From positions 1,044,575-1,108,574 of the forward strand of contig CP070837.1 of the NCBI GenBank assembly GCA_020341815.1: 64,000 nt of DNA, written 5' to 3'. The stretch is from Candidatus Omnitrophota bacterium. Lineage in GTDB: Bacteria; Omnitrophota; Gorgyraeia; JAFGHF01. A program made the position numbers and the translations under genes. The notes under the pieces are model-generated. The model had not been told where the DNA came from. It did not search any database and was given only the letters and a program-made list of their open reading frames with translations. This document shows positions 8,879-19,425 of this stretch, one piece after another (position 1 is the first letter of the stretch; each line of letters opens with the position of its first letter).

Positions 8879-9928
8879 TTATATCCTTTCCAAAATCTCT
8901 TCTTCCGTGGGGATGCCTCCGCCTGCGCGGCCATAAAAATCAATCCTAGCACGCCCATTAACCGCTAAGCGCACATCCTCAACCATCTGCCCGTAGGACA
9001 TCTCGGTAACAAAAAATCTTAATTTTTTCTTTTTCTTCTTAAGTAAATCCTCAAATATGCCGACGGGGAAAGGCCAGAGACTGATGGGCCGCAAAAGGCC
9101 GGCCTTCTTACCCTTCTTACGCAGACTCTGGACCGCACTGCGGGCAATACGTGCTGTGCTTCCATAAGCTACCAAAATTATCTCACTATCCTCTAAATGC
9201 ATTCCTTCGAAGCGCTGCTCTTTCTGGGTAATCTGCGCATATTGCTTCTGGAGAACCTTATTGAATTTCTCCAGGTCCCCTTCCTGCATATAAAATGACT
9301 TTACTATATTAGGAGCCTTCCCTTTACAACCCGTCAGCGCCCAGGGTTTCTTAACCTGTTTTTTACCGGATGCACTGGAAGTAATTGTAATAGGCTCCAT
9401 CATCTGCCCCAGCATCCCATCACCCAATATTATTGCGGGCGTGCGGTATTTATCGGCGAGGTCAAAGCCTAAAAATACGAGGTTGTATGCCTCCTGAACC
9501 GAAGAAGGGGCAAGCACAATACAATGATAGTCCCCATGGCCGCCTCCTTTGGTGGCCTGAAAATAATCCGACTGAGCGGGAGCGATATTACCTAAGCCCG
9601 GTCCCCCGCGCATAATGTTTACAATCAGGCACGGCAGGCGCGCCCCGGCCAGATAAGAAATCCCCTCCTGTTTAAGGCTGATTCCCGGGCCTGAAGAAGA
9701 GGTCATTGCCCGCCGGCCGCTGGCCGCAGCTCCCATTACCATGCTAATAGCGGCCAGTTCGCTTTCTGCCTGCACAAATACACGATTTGCCCGGGGCATG
9801 TTTTCAGCCATATAAGCGGTAAGCTCATTTTGGGGCGTAATCGGATAACCGGCGTAAAAATCGCATCCGGCGCGAATTGCTCCTTCAGCAATGGCTTCAT
9901 TTCCGCTTATCAGTATCTTCTCACGCAT
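8879..9928 (-). CDS. 2-oxoacid:ferredoxin oxidoreductase alpha subunit
   Basis: ISGNEAIAEGAIRAGCDFYAGYPITP N-terminus typical of POR/KOR alpha. Confidence 0.85.
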   Translation of the reverse strand: MREKILISGNEAIAEGAIRAGCDFYAGYPITPQNELTAYMAENMPRANRVFVQAESELAAISMVMGAAASGRRAMTSSSGPGISLKQEGISYLAGARLPCLIVNIMRGGPGLGNIAPAQSDYFQATKGGGHGDYHCIVLAPSSVQEAYNLVFLGFDLADKYRTPAIILGDGMLGQMMEPITITSSASGKKQVKKPWALTGCKGKAPNIVKSFYMQEGDLEKFNKVLQKQYAQITQKEQRFEGMHLEDSEIILVAYGSTARIARSAVQSLRKKGKKAGLLRPISLWPFPVGIFEDLLKKKKKKLRFFVTEMSYGQMVEDVRLAVNGRARIDFYGRAGGGIPTEEEILERI

Positions 9929-9930
9929 AC

Positions 9931-10131
9931 TTACTTATACACCTCGATACAACAATCCGGGCATATCCGGGCGCAAAGCGCACAGGCAGAACAGTCTCCC
10001 TCGGTAAAACAGACAAAGCGCACCCCGCGCTTATTTAAAGATTTACTTAAGGTAATCAGCTTTTTGGGACAACTATCTATGCAAAGACAACAACCCTTGC
10101 ATTTTTCTTTTTTTATTTTTATCTTACCCAT
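9931..10131 (-). CDS. 4Fe-4S ferredoxin-type delta subunit of 2-oxoacid:ferredoxin oxidoreductase
   Basis: Two CxxCxxCxxxCP cluster motifs in 66 aa. Immediately upstream of the alpha subunit. Confidence 0.75.
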   Translation of the reverse strand: MGKIKIKKEKCKGCCLCIDSCPKKLITLSKSLNKRGVRFVCFTEGDCSACALCARICPDCCIEVYK

Positions 10132-12019
10132 TTATCATTTTCTCGTGTTGCGCCGACAGGCCTATTTCTGCATTAAGCACGCTATTAACTATACCCTCGG
10201 CGCTCAATCCATGCTTTTCCAGAAGAAATTCCCGTTTTGCGTGGGGAATAAAGACAGAAGGAAGAGCAATCCTTATTACGCGCACCTTTTCAAGGCCTTC
10301 TCTTTCCAGAAACTCCAACACCGCCGAGCCAAACCCGCCTTCTGCGACCCCTTCCTCTACCGTAACTATCGTCTCAACTTCAATGCAGAGCCTCTTGAAC
10401 AATAACCCATCAAGCGGTTTTACAAAACGGGCATTGATTACGGTGCAATCTATGCCCTGTGAGCTTAATATCCGCGCTGCCTCCAGGGCAGGATAAACCA
10501 TGCTCCCCAAGGCCACAATCGCCAGGTCTTTACCTCGTCTCAAAACTTCAGCCTTGCCGCATTGAATCTCGGAAGGCTTATAGTCTTCAGAAAACAATTC
10601 ACCTCTTTGAGGGACTTCTCCTTTTGGATATCTGATAGCTAAAGGCCTTGACTGGCCAGAGGCAAACTCCAGCATCTTCTCTAATTCTTCTCCGTCTTTA
10701 GGAGCCAAAAGCGTTAAATTGGGAATATGCCTGAGATATGCCACATCAAAAATACCCTGATGGGTAGCGCCGTCCTCTCCGACGATACCTGCGCGGTCAA
10801 GACATAAGACTACGGGTAAGCTCTGCAGACAGACATCGTGGATAAGCTGGTCGTAAGAACGCTGTAAAAAAGTAGAATAAATAGCCACAAAGGGCCTTAA
10901 GCCTCTCCGGGCTAGCCCGGCGGCAAAACCTACGGCGTGGGCCTCGGCCATTCCCACATCATAAAACCTTTTAGGAAAACTCTGAGCAAACTTATCTAAT
11001 CCCGTGCCTTCGGCCATAGCCGCAGTAATGCCTGCAATCTTTTCGTCCTTTTGGGCCAGAGAAATTAATTTTTCGCTGAAGACTTGAGTAAAAGTTTTAT
11101 TCGTAACTTTATTGTCTCCACCGTTGGCGCTTATCCCGTGAAATTTCTCGGGGATTCGCTCAGCCTGAGAATATCCTTTGCCTTTTACGGTAACCGCATG
11201 GATAAGCACCGGTTCTTTCAACTTAAGCACATTTCTTAAAGTGCGCACCACTTCTTTAACATTATGCCCGTCGATGGGGCCGAAATAACGAAAGCCCAAT
11301 TCTTCAAAGATTATTCCCGGCACTAAAAGATTTTTTAAGCTTTCCTCTAAGCGCTTAGCAGCAGAAAACAGTTTATTCCCCAGGCGGGGAACCCTCTTCA
11401 CCAGATTTTCTATATCCTGCCTTATGCGGTTGTATATCGGCATGGTAAGTATGCGGTTAAGATAGCGGCTGAGCGCCCCCACGCTTTTGGAAATAGCCAT
11501 CTTATTATCATTGAGCACGACTACCAAATCTTTATGCAGCTGTCCGGCATGATTAAGGGCCTCAAAGGCCATTCCTCCGCCTAAGGCGGCATCGCCGATT
11601 ACCGCTACAACCTTAGAGTTTTTCTCTGTATCGGCACAGGCAAGCCCCAGGGCCGTAGAAATAGAAGTGGAGCCATGGCCAGTCGTAAACGTATCATAGA
11701 CGCTCTCCTCTTTATTGGGAAAACCGCTTATCCCCTGCCACTGCCTGAGCGTCTTTAGTCTCTCTCTGCGCCCGGTTAAAATTTTATGGGCATAGGCCTG
11801 ATGCCCCACGTCCCAGACTATTTTGTCTTTCGGGGTATCAAGGCAATAGTGCAAGGCAATAGCCAGTTCCACCGCTCCCAGGCTGGACGCCAGATGCCCG
11901 CCGGTCACAGAGACGGTTGCGATAATCTCCCGGCGAATCTCCTGGGCAAGAAGTGAAAGCTCTTTTAGGGCGAGCTTTTTTAAATCAGCGGGATTACTGA
12001 TTTGTTCTAATAAGCTCAT
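10124..12019 (-). CDS. dxs: 1-deoxy-D-xylulose-5-phosphate synthase
   Basis: ELSLLAQEIR ... GGHLASSLGAVEL ... GDGA TPP motif. Transketolase-like layout of ~630 aa. Confidence 0.9.
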   Translation of the reverse strand: MSLLEQISNPADLKKLALKELSLLAQEIRREIIATVSVTGGHLASSLGAVELAIALHYCLDTPKDKIVWDVGHQAYAHKILTGRRERLKTLRQWQGISGFPNKEESVYDTFTTGHGSTSISTALGLACADTEKNSKVVAVIGDAALGGGMAFEALNHAGQLHKDLVVVLNDNKMAISKSVGALSRYLNRILTMPIYNRIRQDIENLVKRVPRLGNKLFSAAKRLEESLKNLLVPGIIFEELGFRYFGPIDGHNVKEVVRTLRNVLKLKEPVLIHAVTVKGKGYSQAERIPEKFHGISANGGDNKVTNKTFTQVFSEKLISLAQKDEKIAGITAAMAEGTGLDKFAQSFPKRFYDVGMAEAHAVGFAAGLARRGLRPFVAIYSTFLQRSYDQLIHDVCLQSLPVVLCLDRAGIVGEDGATHQGIFDVAYLRHIPNLTLLAPKDGEELEKMLEFASGQSRPLAIRYPKGEVPQRGELFSEDYKPSEIQCGKAEVLRRGKDLAIVALGSMVYPALEAARILSSQGIDCTVINARFVKPLDGLLFKRLCIEVETIVTVEEGVAEGGFGSAVLEFLEREGLEKVRVIRIALPSVFIPHAKREFLLEKHGLSAEGIVNSVLNAEIGLSAQHEKMING

Positions 12020-12249
12020 TGTTCCTCGGCATTGTCGGTGAAGGGCTCAACCTCCCAGCCCTCATCCTTTTTGGTCAGGACCTGTATTTTCTTCTGGGCT
12101 GCCTGCAGGCTCTTATGGCAAAAGCGGGAAAGCTTTACGCCCTCTTCATATCGCTTCAATGAATCCTCTAAAGAGAGCTTACCCGACTCCAATTCCTCAA
12201 CTATTTTTTCCAACCTTTTTAAAGCCTCTTCGAATTTCATCTCCGTCAT
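12016..12249 (-). CDS. xseB: exodeoxyribonuclease VII small subunit
   Basis: 77-aa coiled-coil protein FEEALKRLEKIVEELESG. Coupled upstream of dxs and downstream of xseA. Confidence 0.8.
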   Translation of the reverse strand: MTEMKFEEALKRLEKIVEELESGKLSLEDSLKRYEEGVKLSRFCHKSLQAAQKKIQVLTKKDEGWEVEPFTDNAEEQ

Positions 12250-13472
12250 TGCCTATCATCTCCTTCGATTTTCTCTACCTTGCTGATAAATGAACCACAG
12301 GCTAACTTTGTCTCCAGTCTTTCCCCAATTTTTAGCGTCTTTACTTCTGTAACTGAATGCCTTTGAGGCAGCTTAAGTGTTATGCTGTAGCCGCGGGATA
12401 GAATATTTAGAGGGCTTAAGGCATGGAGCTTGCCGATTAAGACATTATATCTTTCCTGATAGATCTCGGCTAAGTGGGAGGCCTTAAGATCCAGAATTGA
12501 AACTAATTCATCTATGCGCAATTTGTATTGCCGGATTAAGTCGGTTGGTTCTTTAAAGACATACCGTCCTCGGAAAACCCTTAATTTTTCCTGAAGCAAT
12601 TCTATCTTGTTGCAAACGGCAATCTTTGCCCGGGAATAAAAATTATCTATCCTATCCAGAAGCTCCTGTTTGCGAGCAATAACCTGCTCGGCCGCCGCCG
12701 AGGGCGTGGGCGCACGCAGGTCAGCCACAAAATCCGATATAGTATAATCTATCTCATGCCCCACCGCGGAAATCACCGGTATCGCCGAACGAAATATCGC
12801 TCGAGCTACCGCCTCCTCATTAAACGCCCAGAGGTCTTCTAAGCTTCCGCCTCCGCGGGTAACAATCAAAACATCAACTGCGCCAAAACTGTTAAACTCA
12901 TCGATGGCCCGGGCAATCTCAAGCCCTGAGCCCTCTCCCTGCACTTTTACCGGATTTATAATTATGGAAAGATTGGCAAATCTTCTCCTTAAGACCTGCA
13001 GGATATCGCGAATAGCTGCGCCTCGAGGCGAGGTGACAATACCAATGCGCTGCGGAAGAAAAGGAAGAGGCTTTTTATGTTCTTCCTCAAAAAGGCCCTC
13101 GGCCAAAAGCCGCTCTTTAAGCTGCTGAAAGGCCAGCTGAAGCGCCCCCAGACCCTTTGGCTCGATAACGTCGGGATAAAACTGATATCTGCCGTCGCGC
13201 TCAAAGACCGAAATTCTTCCCCTGCACGTTACCTGCAGGCCGGTCTTTAGCTTAAACTTAAGAGCCTTTGCCATATTGGCAAAGATTACGCATTTTAATT
13301 GCGCCTTTTCGTCTTTAAGGGTAAAAAATACTGTCCCGGTGGAAATAGGGCTAACCCCGGAAATTTCGCCCTCTATCCAGACCTGCTGAAAGCCTTCCTC
13401 CAGCAATATCTTTACTCTGCGCGTCAACTCCGTAACTGTATAAATACGTCTTTTGGTATCTGCCTGCTTCAT
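12246..13472 (-). CDS. xseA: exodeoxyribonuclease VII large subunit
   Basis: N-terminal OB-fold region and overall XseA pattern (YTVTELTRRVKILLE ...). 4-nt overlap with xseB. Confidence 0.85.
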   Translation of the reverse strand: MKQADTKRRIYTVTELTRRVKILLEEGFQQVWIEGEISGVSPISTGTVFFTLKDEKAQLKCVIFANMAKALKFKLKTGLQVTCRGRISVFERDGRYQFYPDVIEPKGLGALQLAFQQLKERLLAEGLFEEEHKKPLPFLPQRIGIVTSPRGAAIRDILQVLRRRFANLSIIINPVKVQGEGSGLEIARAIDEFNSFGAVDVLIVTRGGGSLEDLWAFNEEAVARAIFRSAIPVISAVGHEIDYTISDFVADLRAPTPSAAAEQVIARKQELLDRIDNFYSRAKIAVCNKIELLQEKLRVFRGRYVFKEPTDLIRQYKLRIDELVSILDLKASHLAEIYQERYNVLIGKLHALSPLNILSRGYSITLKLPQRHSVTEVKTLKIGERLETKLACGSFISKVEKIEGDDRQ

Positions 13473-13482
13473 CTTTAATATC

Positions 13483-14265
13483 TTATTTTACTTTTTCCTG
13501 TATTCTCTCGATAGAGACGGCCTTGCCTGTTTTCTCATCTATATCCAGCACCACCCCGTGCAACTGTACATTTTCGCTAGCCATCTCAAAACGCACGGGC
13601 ATCTGGGTAACAAAACGGGCCAAAATCTGCTCAACTTTCCTGCCGATTACAGAGTCATAAGGCCCGGTCATCCCTAAATCTGTAATGTATGCGCTGCCGC
13701 GGGGGAGGATTTTCTCGTCCGCAGTCTGCACATGGGTGTGCGTGCCTAAAACCGCACTCACCATCCCGTCGAGAAACCAACCCAGGGCAATCTTTTCGCT
13801 GGTGGCCTCTGCGTGCATATCCACCAGGATTACAGGTGTCTTTTCTTTGAGTTCCTTGGCGGCCTCTTTTGCCCGCTTGAAAGGACAATCCAAAGTAGAC
13901 ATAAATACCCGGCCTTCTAAGTTTATCACTCCCACTTTCTTGCCTTTTTTCGTCTCGACAATACCATAACCCCTGCCGGGAGAGCCTTTGGGATAATTTG
14001 CCGGACGCAGGAGCCTCATTTCCGAATCAAGGATTTCCAGGACTTCCTTTCTCTTCCAGATATGGTCGCCGCTGGTAAGCATATTAAGGCCATATCCGAA
14101 AAGTTCCTCGGCAATCTCCGGAGTTACCCCTGAACCCCCGGCGGCATTTTCGGCGTTAGCGATGGACAAATCAATCTTGTATTTCTTTACCAGTCCCGGA
14201 AGCAGCAGATGCACAGCCTCTCTGCCGGGCTTGCCGACTATATCTCCAATGAATAGTATTCTCAT
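13483..14265 (-). CDS. YmdB-like metallophosphoesterase (TIGR00282 family)
   Basis: MRILFIGDIVGKPGR ... GDH metallophosphoesterase motifs. A ymdB-rny pairing is conserved in many bacteria. Confidence 0.75.
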   Translation of the reverse strand: MRILFIGDIVGKPGREAVHLLLPGLVKKYKIDLSIANAENAAGGSGVTPEIAEELFGYGLNMLTSGDHIWKRKEVLEILDSEMRLLRPANYPKGSPGRGYGIVETKKGKKVGVINLEGRVFMSTLDCPFKRAKEAAKELKEKTPVILVDMHAEATSEKIALGWFLDGMVSAVLGTHTHVQTADEKILPRGSAYITDLGMTGPYDSVIGRKVEQILARFVTQMPVRFEMASENVQLHGVVLDIDEKTGKAVSIERIQEKVK

Positions 14266-14276
14266 ATAAACTCCTT

Positions 14277-14389
14277 GTATCTAGTCGCTAGTATCTTGTA
14301 TCTCGTAAAACAAAAACATAAAAAGCTTTAAAATTTAAAAATTAAGAAAGCTTTTAACTAGATACTAGATACGAGCGACAAGCGACTAT
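14277..14389. repeat. palindromic intergenic element, copy 2 (inverted relative to copy 1)
   Basis: Its right arm aactagatactagatacgagcgacaagcgactat is the reverse complement of copy 1's left arm with 2 mismatches. AT-rich core. Fills the whole ymdB-rny spacer and overlaps the rny stop codon. Confidence 0.6.
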
Positions 14390-15960
14390 TTTGCGTATTC
14401 TATCGCCCTGGTCTCGCGAATCACCATAACCTTAATCTGACCCGGATACTCCAGGCCCTCTTCAATCTTTTTTCTAATCTCACCCGCCAGAACTGCGGCT
14501 TCGGCATCGCTTATCTTATTGGGCTGGACAATGACTCTCACCTCTCTGCCTGCCTGGATAGCATAGGCCTTGCCCACACCCTTGAAGGAATCGGCGATGG
14601 ATTCGAGCTTCTCCAGACGCTTCACATAGGATTCCAATGTCTCGCGCCTTGCCCCCGGACGGGTTGCGCTTACGGCATCAGCAGCCTGAACCAATACGGC
14701 CAGGAGCGATTTTGGTTCGGTGTCCTGATGATGGGCGGCGATAGAGTTTACTACAAGGTCCGACTCTCCGTATTTTTTTGCCAGCTCCGCGCCGATTCCG
14801 GCGTGGGTGCCTTCTACCTCATGGTCTACGGCCTTACCGATGTCGTGCAGAAGCCCCACTCTGCGCGCCAGGGCAAAATCTATCTTTAATTCCGAAGCCA
14901 TCACTCCTAATATATACGCCACTTCCTTGGAATGCTGTAACACATTTTGCCCGAAACTGGTCCTGTATTTAAGCCGTCCCAGGAGCTTTATCTCCTCCGG
15001 ATGCAACCTGTGCACGCCGGCGTCAAAGGCGGCGCGCTTGCCTTCGTCTCTGATAGTCGCCTCCATCTCCTGCTTAACGCGGGTTACCACTTCTTCGATG
15101 CGCGCAGGATGGATGCGCCCGTCGGTAATTAACCGCTCCAGGGTAATTCTGGCAATCTCTCTTTTTACCAAATCAAAGCCGGAAAGCGTAACCGCCTCCG
15201 GCGTATCATCGACAATCACGTCAATGCCCGTAGCAATCTCCAAAGCGCGGATATTTCTCCCCTCGCGGCCGATAATCCTGCCTTTCATTTCGTCGCTGGG
15301 AAGGCTAACCACGCTAACCGTAGACTCTACCGTATGGTCGGCGGCACATCTTTGAATAGCTGCGCTGATTATCTCCTTGGCCTTTTTCTCGGAGGCCTCC
15401 TTTGCTTCCTCTTCTACGCGCTTAATCATGGATGCAGCCTCAAGCCTGGCCTCGCCCTCCATCCTCTCCAGAAGGATTTTCTTTGCCTGTTCCGCGGTCA
15501 GCCCGGAAACCCTTTGCAGCCTCTGCTTCTCTTCCTCGATTAGATTATTGAGCTCTGCATTCTTTCCGTCGAGCTCTTTTTCGCGATAGGTTATATTTTT
15601 CTCTCTGCCCAGGACCTGTCTTTCTTTCTTGTCCAGAATATCAACCTTGCGGTCGATATTCTCTTCCTTCTGGTGCATTCTCTTTTCTAAAGCGGCGAGC
15701 TGCTGCCTTGTCTCTTTGGTCTCTTTTTCGAATTCCGCCCGCGTCCTGTAAAGCAGGTCTTTGGCCTCTAATTTCGCCTCCCGACGGATGTTCTCGGCCT
15801 CTCTGCCTGCACCCTGAATGAGCTCCTGGGCCTTGGCCTCGGCAACCCTGACTTTTCTTTCCGCGACATACTTGCGAATAAGATACCCGATAGCAAAAAA
15901 AGTCGCAGCGCACAGGGCAATAAGAGCCACTAGCTGTATAGAATTGATTTCTGTTATCAT
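14386..15960 (-). CDS. rny: ribonuclease Y
   Basis: N-terminal TM helix, long coiled coil, KH domain ([15 protein letters not shown]), HD domain (HSKEVAYI ... LLHDIGK). Confidence 0.9.
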   Translation of the reverse strand: MITEINSIQLVALIALCAATFFAIGYLIRKYVAERKVRVAEAKAQELIQGAGREAENIRREAKLEAKDLLYRTRAEFEKETKETRQQLAALEKRMHQKEENIDRKVDILDKKERQVLGREKNITYREKELDGKNAELNNLIEEEKQRLQRVSGLTAEQAKKILLERMEGEARLEAASMIKRVEEEAKEASEKKAKEIISAAIQRCAADHTVESTVSVVSLPSDEMKGRIIGREGRNIRALEIATGIDVIVDDTPEAVTLSGFDLVKREIARITLERLITDGRIHPARIEEVVTRVKQEMEATIRDEGKRAAFDAGVHRLHPEEIKLLGRLKYRTSFGQNVLQHSKEVAYILGVMASELKIDFALARRVGLLHDIGKAVDHEVEGTHAGIGAELAKKYGESDLVVNSIAAHHQDTEPKSLLAVLVQAADAVSATRPGARRETLESYVKRLEKLESIADSFKGVGKAYAIQAGREVRVIVQPNKISDAEAAVLAGEIRKKIEEGLEYPGQIKVMVIRETRAIEYAK

Positions 15961-15977
15961 GGAAGCCTCCCCTTTAA

Positions 15978-16529
15978 CTATGCAGAGATTACTCGGGTAA
16001 CGGGGATATCGTGGGAAAGCACAGGCAAGTCCTTTAAGACTTGAAAATCAAAGGCCAGACCAATGCGCGGAATGCCCAAAGGCAGCCTGGCCAGAAATTT
16101 ATCATAATAGCCCCCGCCCCGGCCCAGACGCCTGCCTTCTTTATCAAAGGCCAAGCCCGGCACCACCACTAAATCTATAGATTTATATGGTATTGGGCGG
16201 ATGTATTTGCTTTGAGGCTGGAATATGTCATAAAGCCCCGGAGCGAGTTCCTTTTCCATATCTTCTATCAGGGAAGCTATTATTTTCTTTTCTTTCCTTA
16301 ATATCACCGGTACCGCTATCCTTTTGCCGATTTTCTGGGCCTCAAGTATCATAAAGCGTGTTTCGACTTCTTCATCCGTGGCAATGTAAAACATCACGCA
16401 TTTCGCCCGCTTAAATTCGGCAAGGTTAAAAAGTCTTTTTTTAATCAAACGACTTTTGCGTAATCGCTGCTGATTGCTTTGTTTGACTAATCTGCTTCTA
16501 ATCTCCTTTCTAAACTTCCGCTTTAGCAT
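15978..16529 (-). CDS. 5-formyltetrahydrofolate cyclo-ligase
   Basis: ~180 aa with a conserved GRGGGYYD C-terminal motif. Confidence 0.7.
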   Translation of the reverse strand: MLKRKFRKEIRSRLVKQSNQQRLRKSRLIKKRLFNLAEFKRAKCVMFYIATDEEVETRFMILEAQKIGKRIAVPVILRKEKKIIASLIEDMEKELAPGLYDIFQPQSKYIRPIPYKSIDLVVVPGLAFDKEGRRLGRGGGYYDKFLARLPLGIPRIGLAFDFQVLKDLPVLSHDIPVTRVISA

Positions 16530-18189
16530 GTCCTTTATACTTTTTGATATCGTCCCACTGAAAAGAGCCCATTACTGCCTGGGCAACATTGGTGAGGTGA
16601 TCGCCGATTTTCTCCAGGTTGTTGATAAAATCCAGGAAGATAATTCCGGAGAGCACATAACATTTTCCCTCATTAAGCCTCTGAATGTGATTCTGCCGTA
16701 ATTCAAACTGCAGCCTGTTGATGGTTTCTTCCCGCCTCAGCGCCGATGTAGCATGACGTTCGGTATCATTTTGCAGGGCCGCCTTAACGTCGTTCATCAT
16801 CGCATCTACTTCGTTATAGACAAGATGCAACTCTTTAATTGCCTGGTCGGTAAAGGGCAATTTTTCCTCCACCGCCCTCTCGGCCAACTCCTGCAAATTC
16901 TCGGCGTGGTCGCCAATCCTTTCCACATCGTTTACGGAATGCAAAAGCACCGGCAGCTTTTCTGATTCTTTGGGAGTAAGACTGCGCTGGGAGATTTCCA
17001 CTAAATATTGAGTAATCTCCTTCTGCAGGTTATCCACGGCTTCTTCCTGGCGAGAGACACGGGATAGGAGACGCGGATTACCACCAAAGAAACCTCTCAT
17101 TGCACAGGATAGGGCGTCCTGCGCAAGCCGGGTCATTCTGACTAATTCTTTCGTTGCCTGGTCTAATGCCACAGGCGGAGTGTCCAGAAGATGCTTCTCT
17201 AAAAATTTAGGCTCTGCGGGCATCTCTTCTATTTCGCCGGGAATTACCCAGTAACAAATCTTCTCCAGCAATCCTATGAATGGCAAAAAGATCACAGCGT
17301 TGACCAATTTAAAGGATACATGGGCATTGGCAATCAGGCGCAATATATTATTCCCCGGAGTGATAAGCTCAATAAATCTGACAAACCAGCCGTTATAAAC
17401 AAAGATAAGCATATAAGCAACACCCAGAAGATTAAACAAGGTATGCGCCCAGGCTGCCCGACGGGCAGTAAGGTTAGTGCCGATACTGGCAACTTGAGCG
17501 GTTATGGTCGTGCCGATATCGGCCCCCAGGATTAAACTAACGCAAGCCGGAAAAGTCAACAGGCCATTAAAGGCCATAGCCATTACCAATCCGATAGTGG
17601 CACTGGATGATTGAATTATCGCAGTAATTATTGCCCCGGCTAAAATTCCCAATAAGGGATTTGCGCTAAAATTAATCAAGGCCTGCCTGGTAAGGGGATT
17701 GTCTTTCAGCGGACCCAAGACCTGCTTCATAATAAAAAGGCCTAAAAAAAGAAGCCCAAAGCCTAACAGCGCCTGGCCCCAAAATTTCCAGCTCCTTCTT
17801 TTAGCTAATATAAACAGGGCAAATCCCAGGCCGATTGCCGGAAGGGCATACTGGTCAATTTTAAAAGCGATAATCTGTGCGGTTATGGTTGTGCCGATAT
17901 TGGCGCCCATAATCACGCCGATAGCCTGCTTAAGAGCCAGAAGCCCGGCATTGACAAACCCTACCACCATTACGGTGGTGGCGGAGGAGCTCTGAATTAT
18001 TCCCGTAACTATCGCTCCCGTGAGCACCCCGACCAAGGCCTTATCGGTCAGGAATTTTAAAATCTGGCGCAGTTTGGTGCCGGCTAACTTCTGAAAGGCC
18101 TCAGAGAGCAATTTCATCCCGAAGAGAAATAGCCCCAATCCGCCTACTATTCCAAAAATAATCTCTTTCATAATAAAATTATTATACAA
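16510..18189 (-). CDS. Na+/phosphate cotransporter family protein with PhoU-like C-terminal domain
   Basis: Duplicated QSSSATT / QSSSATIG transporter signature. Cytoplasmic PhoU-like C-terminus. Confidence 0.8.
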   Translation of the reverse strand: MYNNFIMKEIIFGIVGGLGLFLFGMKLLSEAFQKLAGTKLRQILKFLTDKALVGVLTGAIVTGIIQSSSATTVMVVGFVNAGLLALKQAIGVIMGANIGTTITAQIIAFKIDQYALPAIGLGFALFILAKRRSWKFWGQALLGFGLLFLGLFIMKQVLGPLKDNPLTRQALINFSANPLLGILAGAIITAIIQSSSATIGLVMAMAFNGLLTFPACVSLILGADIGTTITAQVASIGTNLTARRAAWAHTLFNLLGVAYMLIFVYNGWFVRFIELITPGNNILRLIANAHVSFKLVNAVIFLPFIGLLEKICYWVIPGEIEEMPAEPKFLEKHLLDTPPVALDQATKELVRMTRLAQDALSCAMRGFFGGNPRLLSRVSRQEEAVDNLQKEITQYLVEISQRSLTPKESEKLPVLLHSVNDVERIGDHAENLQELAERAVEEKLPFTDQAIKELHLVYNEVDAMMNDVKAALQNDTERHATSALRREETINRLQFELRQNHIQRLNEGKCYVLSGIIFLDFINNLEKIGDHLTNVAQAVMGSFQWDDIKKYKGHAKAEV

Positions 18190-18211
18190 TACTTAGATAA
18201 AATAATCAAGG

Positions 18212-18415
18212 TTAGCGGCTGCTACGCATCTTAACAATCATCAGTTCTTTCTTAATCTCATCCAGCTGCTTGAACACCTCATTCTGATTAAGCAGGATTT
18301 TATCGAGCTTTTGCATAATCTTATCGGAAGTCCTTTCCTCCTCCTGACACAAGCCAAATTGCAGCCACAAGGCAAATATCAATATGACCGCTATTAAAAC
18401 AAAAACTGGCTTCAT
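18212..18415 (-). CDS. small membrane protein (likely start MKPVFVLIAVIL)
   Basis: Single TM helix followed by a charged coiled tail. No homology recognised. Confidence 0.3.
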   Translation of the reverse strand: MKPVFVLIAVILIFALWLQFGLCQEEERTSDKIMQKLDKILLNQNEVFKQLDEIKKELMIVKMRSSR

Positions 18416-18429
18416 CTTTCCCTCCTTTT

Positions 18430-19425
18430 CTATATTCTCCATTTTTCAATCAATTCCTCTGAAGCAGGATTTACTAAAATAGACTTCTCTTCCTCATAAC
18501 CCTTGCGCCAATAATCAACCTGAACCTCTTTTTCTGACTTTGCCTTGCTGTAACGCGCGATAAGCCCTGCGGCTGTTTCTATTGTCTCCTCGGTAAAAAC
18601 GCTGCTGCCTGTCCGTAAAAGCCCTATCGGCCCGGCGAAACTATGCATCTTAAGCAACGTATCCCCTTTTTCGGCCAAATCCAATAAGAGCTTATTTTCT
18701 CCTTCATTCCGGCCGATGATACATTTAACCGCATTCAAGCGGAAATGCCTGCCCACCTTAAGCAACTGGATATCGCTAAGCCCAAATTTGCCTGAGGCGA
18801 TTAAATCCTTAAACTTTCTGGAGAATTCCTTCTCGGTAAGAAGACATCCTCCGGCGGGGGCAGAGTATTCCTTTATATTTAACTCATCGGCAAGGGCCAA
18901 TTGCCCCTTGCGTGAACGGCCTGAGAAATCAAACAGCTTCTCTCTATCCACCCAGCCTTTCTCCTCGGGGAGGGTAAGCTTTAACAATTTTGCCGAAAGC
19001 GGACGCAAAAGTATCCCCTTAACACCTGCATCGCGCTCAATGATATTCAGGGAATCTTTTCTTTGTGACATCGGGCGCTGACCCAGGACTTCACCGGAGA
19101 TGAGGAAATGAAATCCTCGCTTCTGCATATAGCGCTTTGCCTCTTTCAGCATAAGTATGCGGCAGTCTATGCAGGGATTCATATTCTCTCCATAGCCATA
19201 GCGGGGCTTCTTGACCATTTCTAAATGGGCGGAGGAAATATCCAGAATATGCAATTGTATCCCCAGCGGTGCAGGCAAATGCCCTGCCCTTTTGCACTCC
19301 GACAAAAAGGCATTGGCAAAATAGACGGCCTCTACCTCTATGCCCTGATCTAAAATCACCTTTGCCGCCAGCGTGCTATCCAGACCTCCGGAGAACAATG
19401 CTAAGGCCTTAATTTTTCCAGCCAT
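18430..19425 (-). CDS. PP-loop ATP pyrophosphatase family protein, MnmA/ThiI-like tRNA thiolation enzyme
   Basis: PP-loop ALFSGGLDST. NPCIDCR resembles the MnmA NPDILCN catalytic-cysteine region. Confidence 0.5.
   Translation of the reverse strand: MAGKIKALALFSGGLDSTLAAKVILDQGIEVEAVYFANAFLSECKRAGHLPAPLGIQLHILDISSAHLEMVKKPRYGYGENMNPCIDCRILMLKEAKRYMQKRGFHFLISGEVLGQRPMSQRKDSLNIIERDAGVKGILLRPLSAKLLKLTLPEEKGWVDREKLFDFSGRSRKGQLALADELNIKEYSAPAGGCLLTEKEFSRKFKDLIASGKFGLSDIQLLKVGRHFRLNAVKCIIGRNEGENKLLLDLAEKGDTLLKMHSFAGPIGLLRTGSSVFTEETIETAAGLIARYSKAKSEKEVQVDYWRKGYEEEKSILVNPASEELIEKWRI

Noticed and set aside
9830-10405. 191-aa plus-strand ORF
   Set aside because: Spans the porD/dxs junction antisense to both genes. 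Spurious.
14807-15355. 182-aa plus-strand ORF
   Set aside because: Entirely antisense to rny, a typical GC-rich antisense frame. No start context or motifs.
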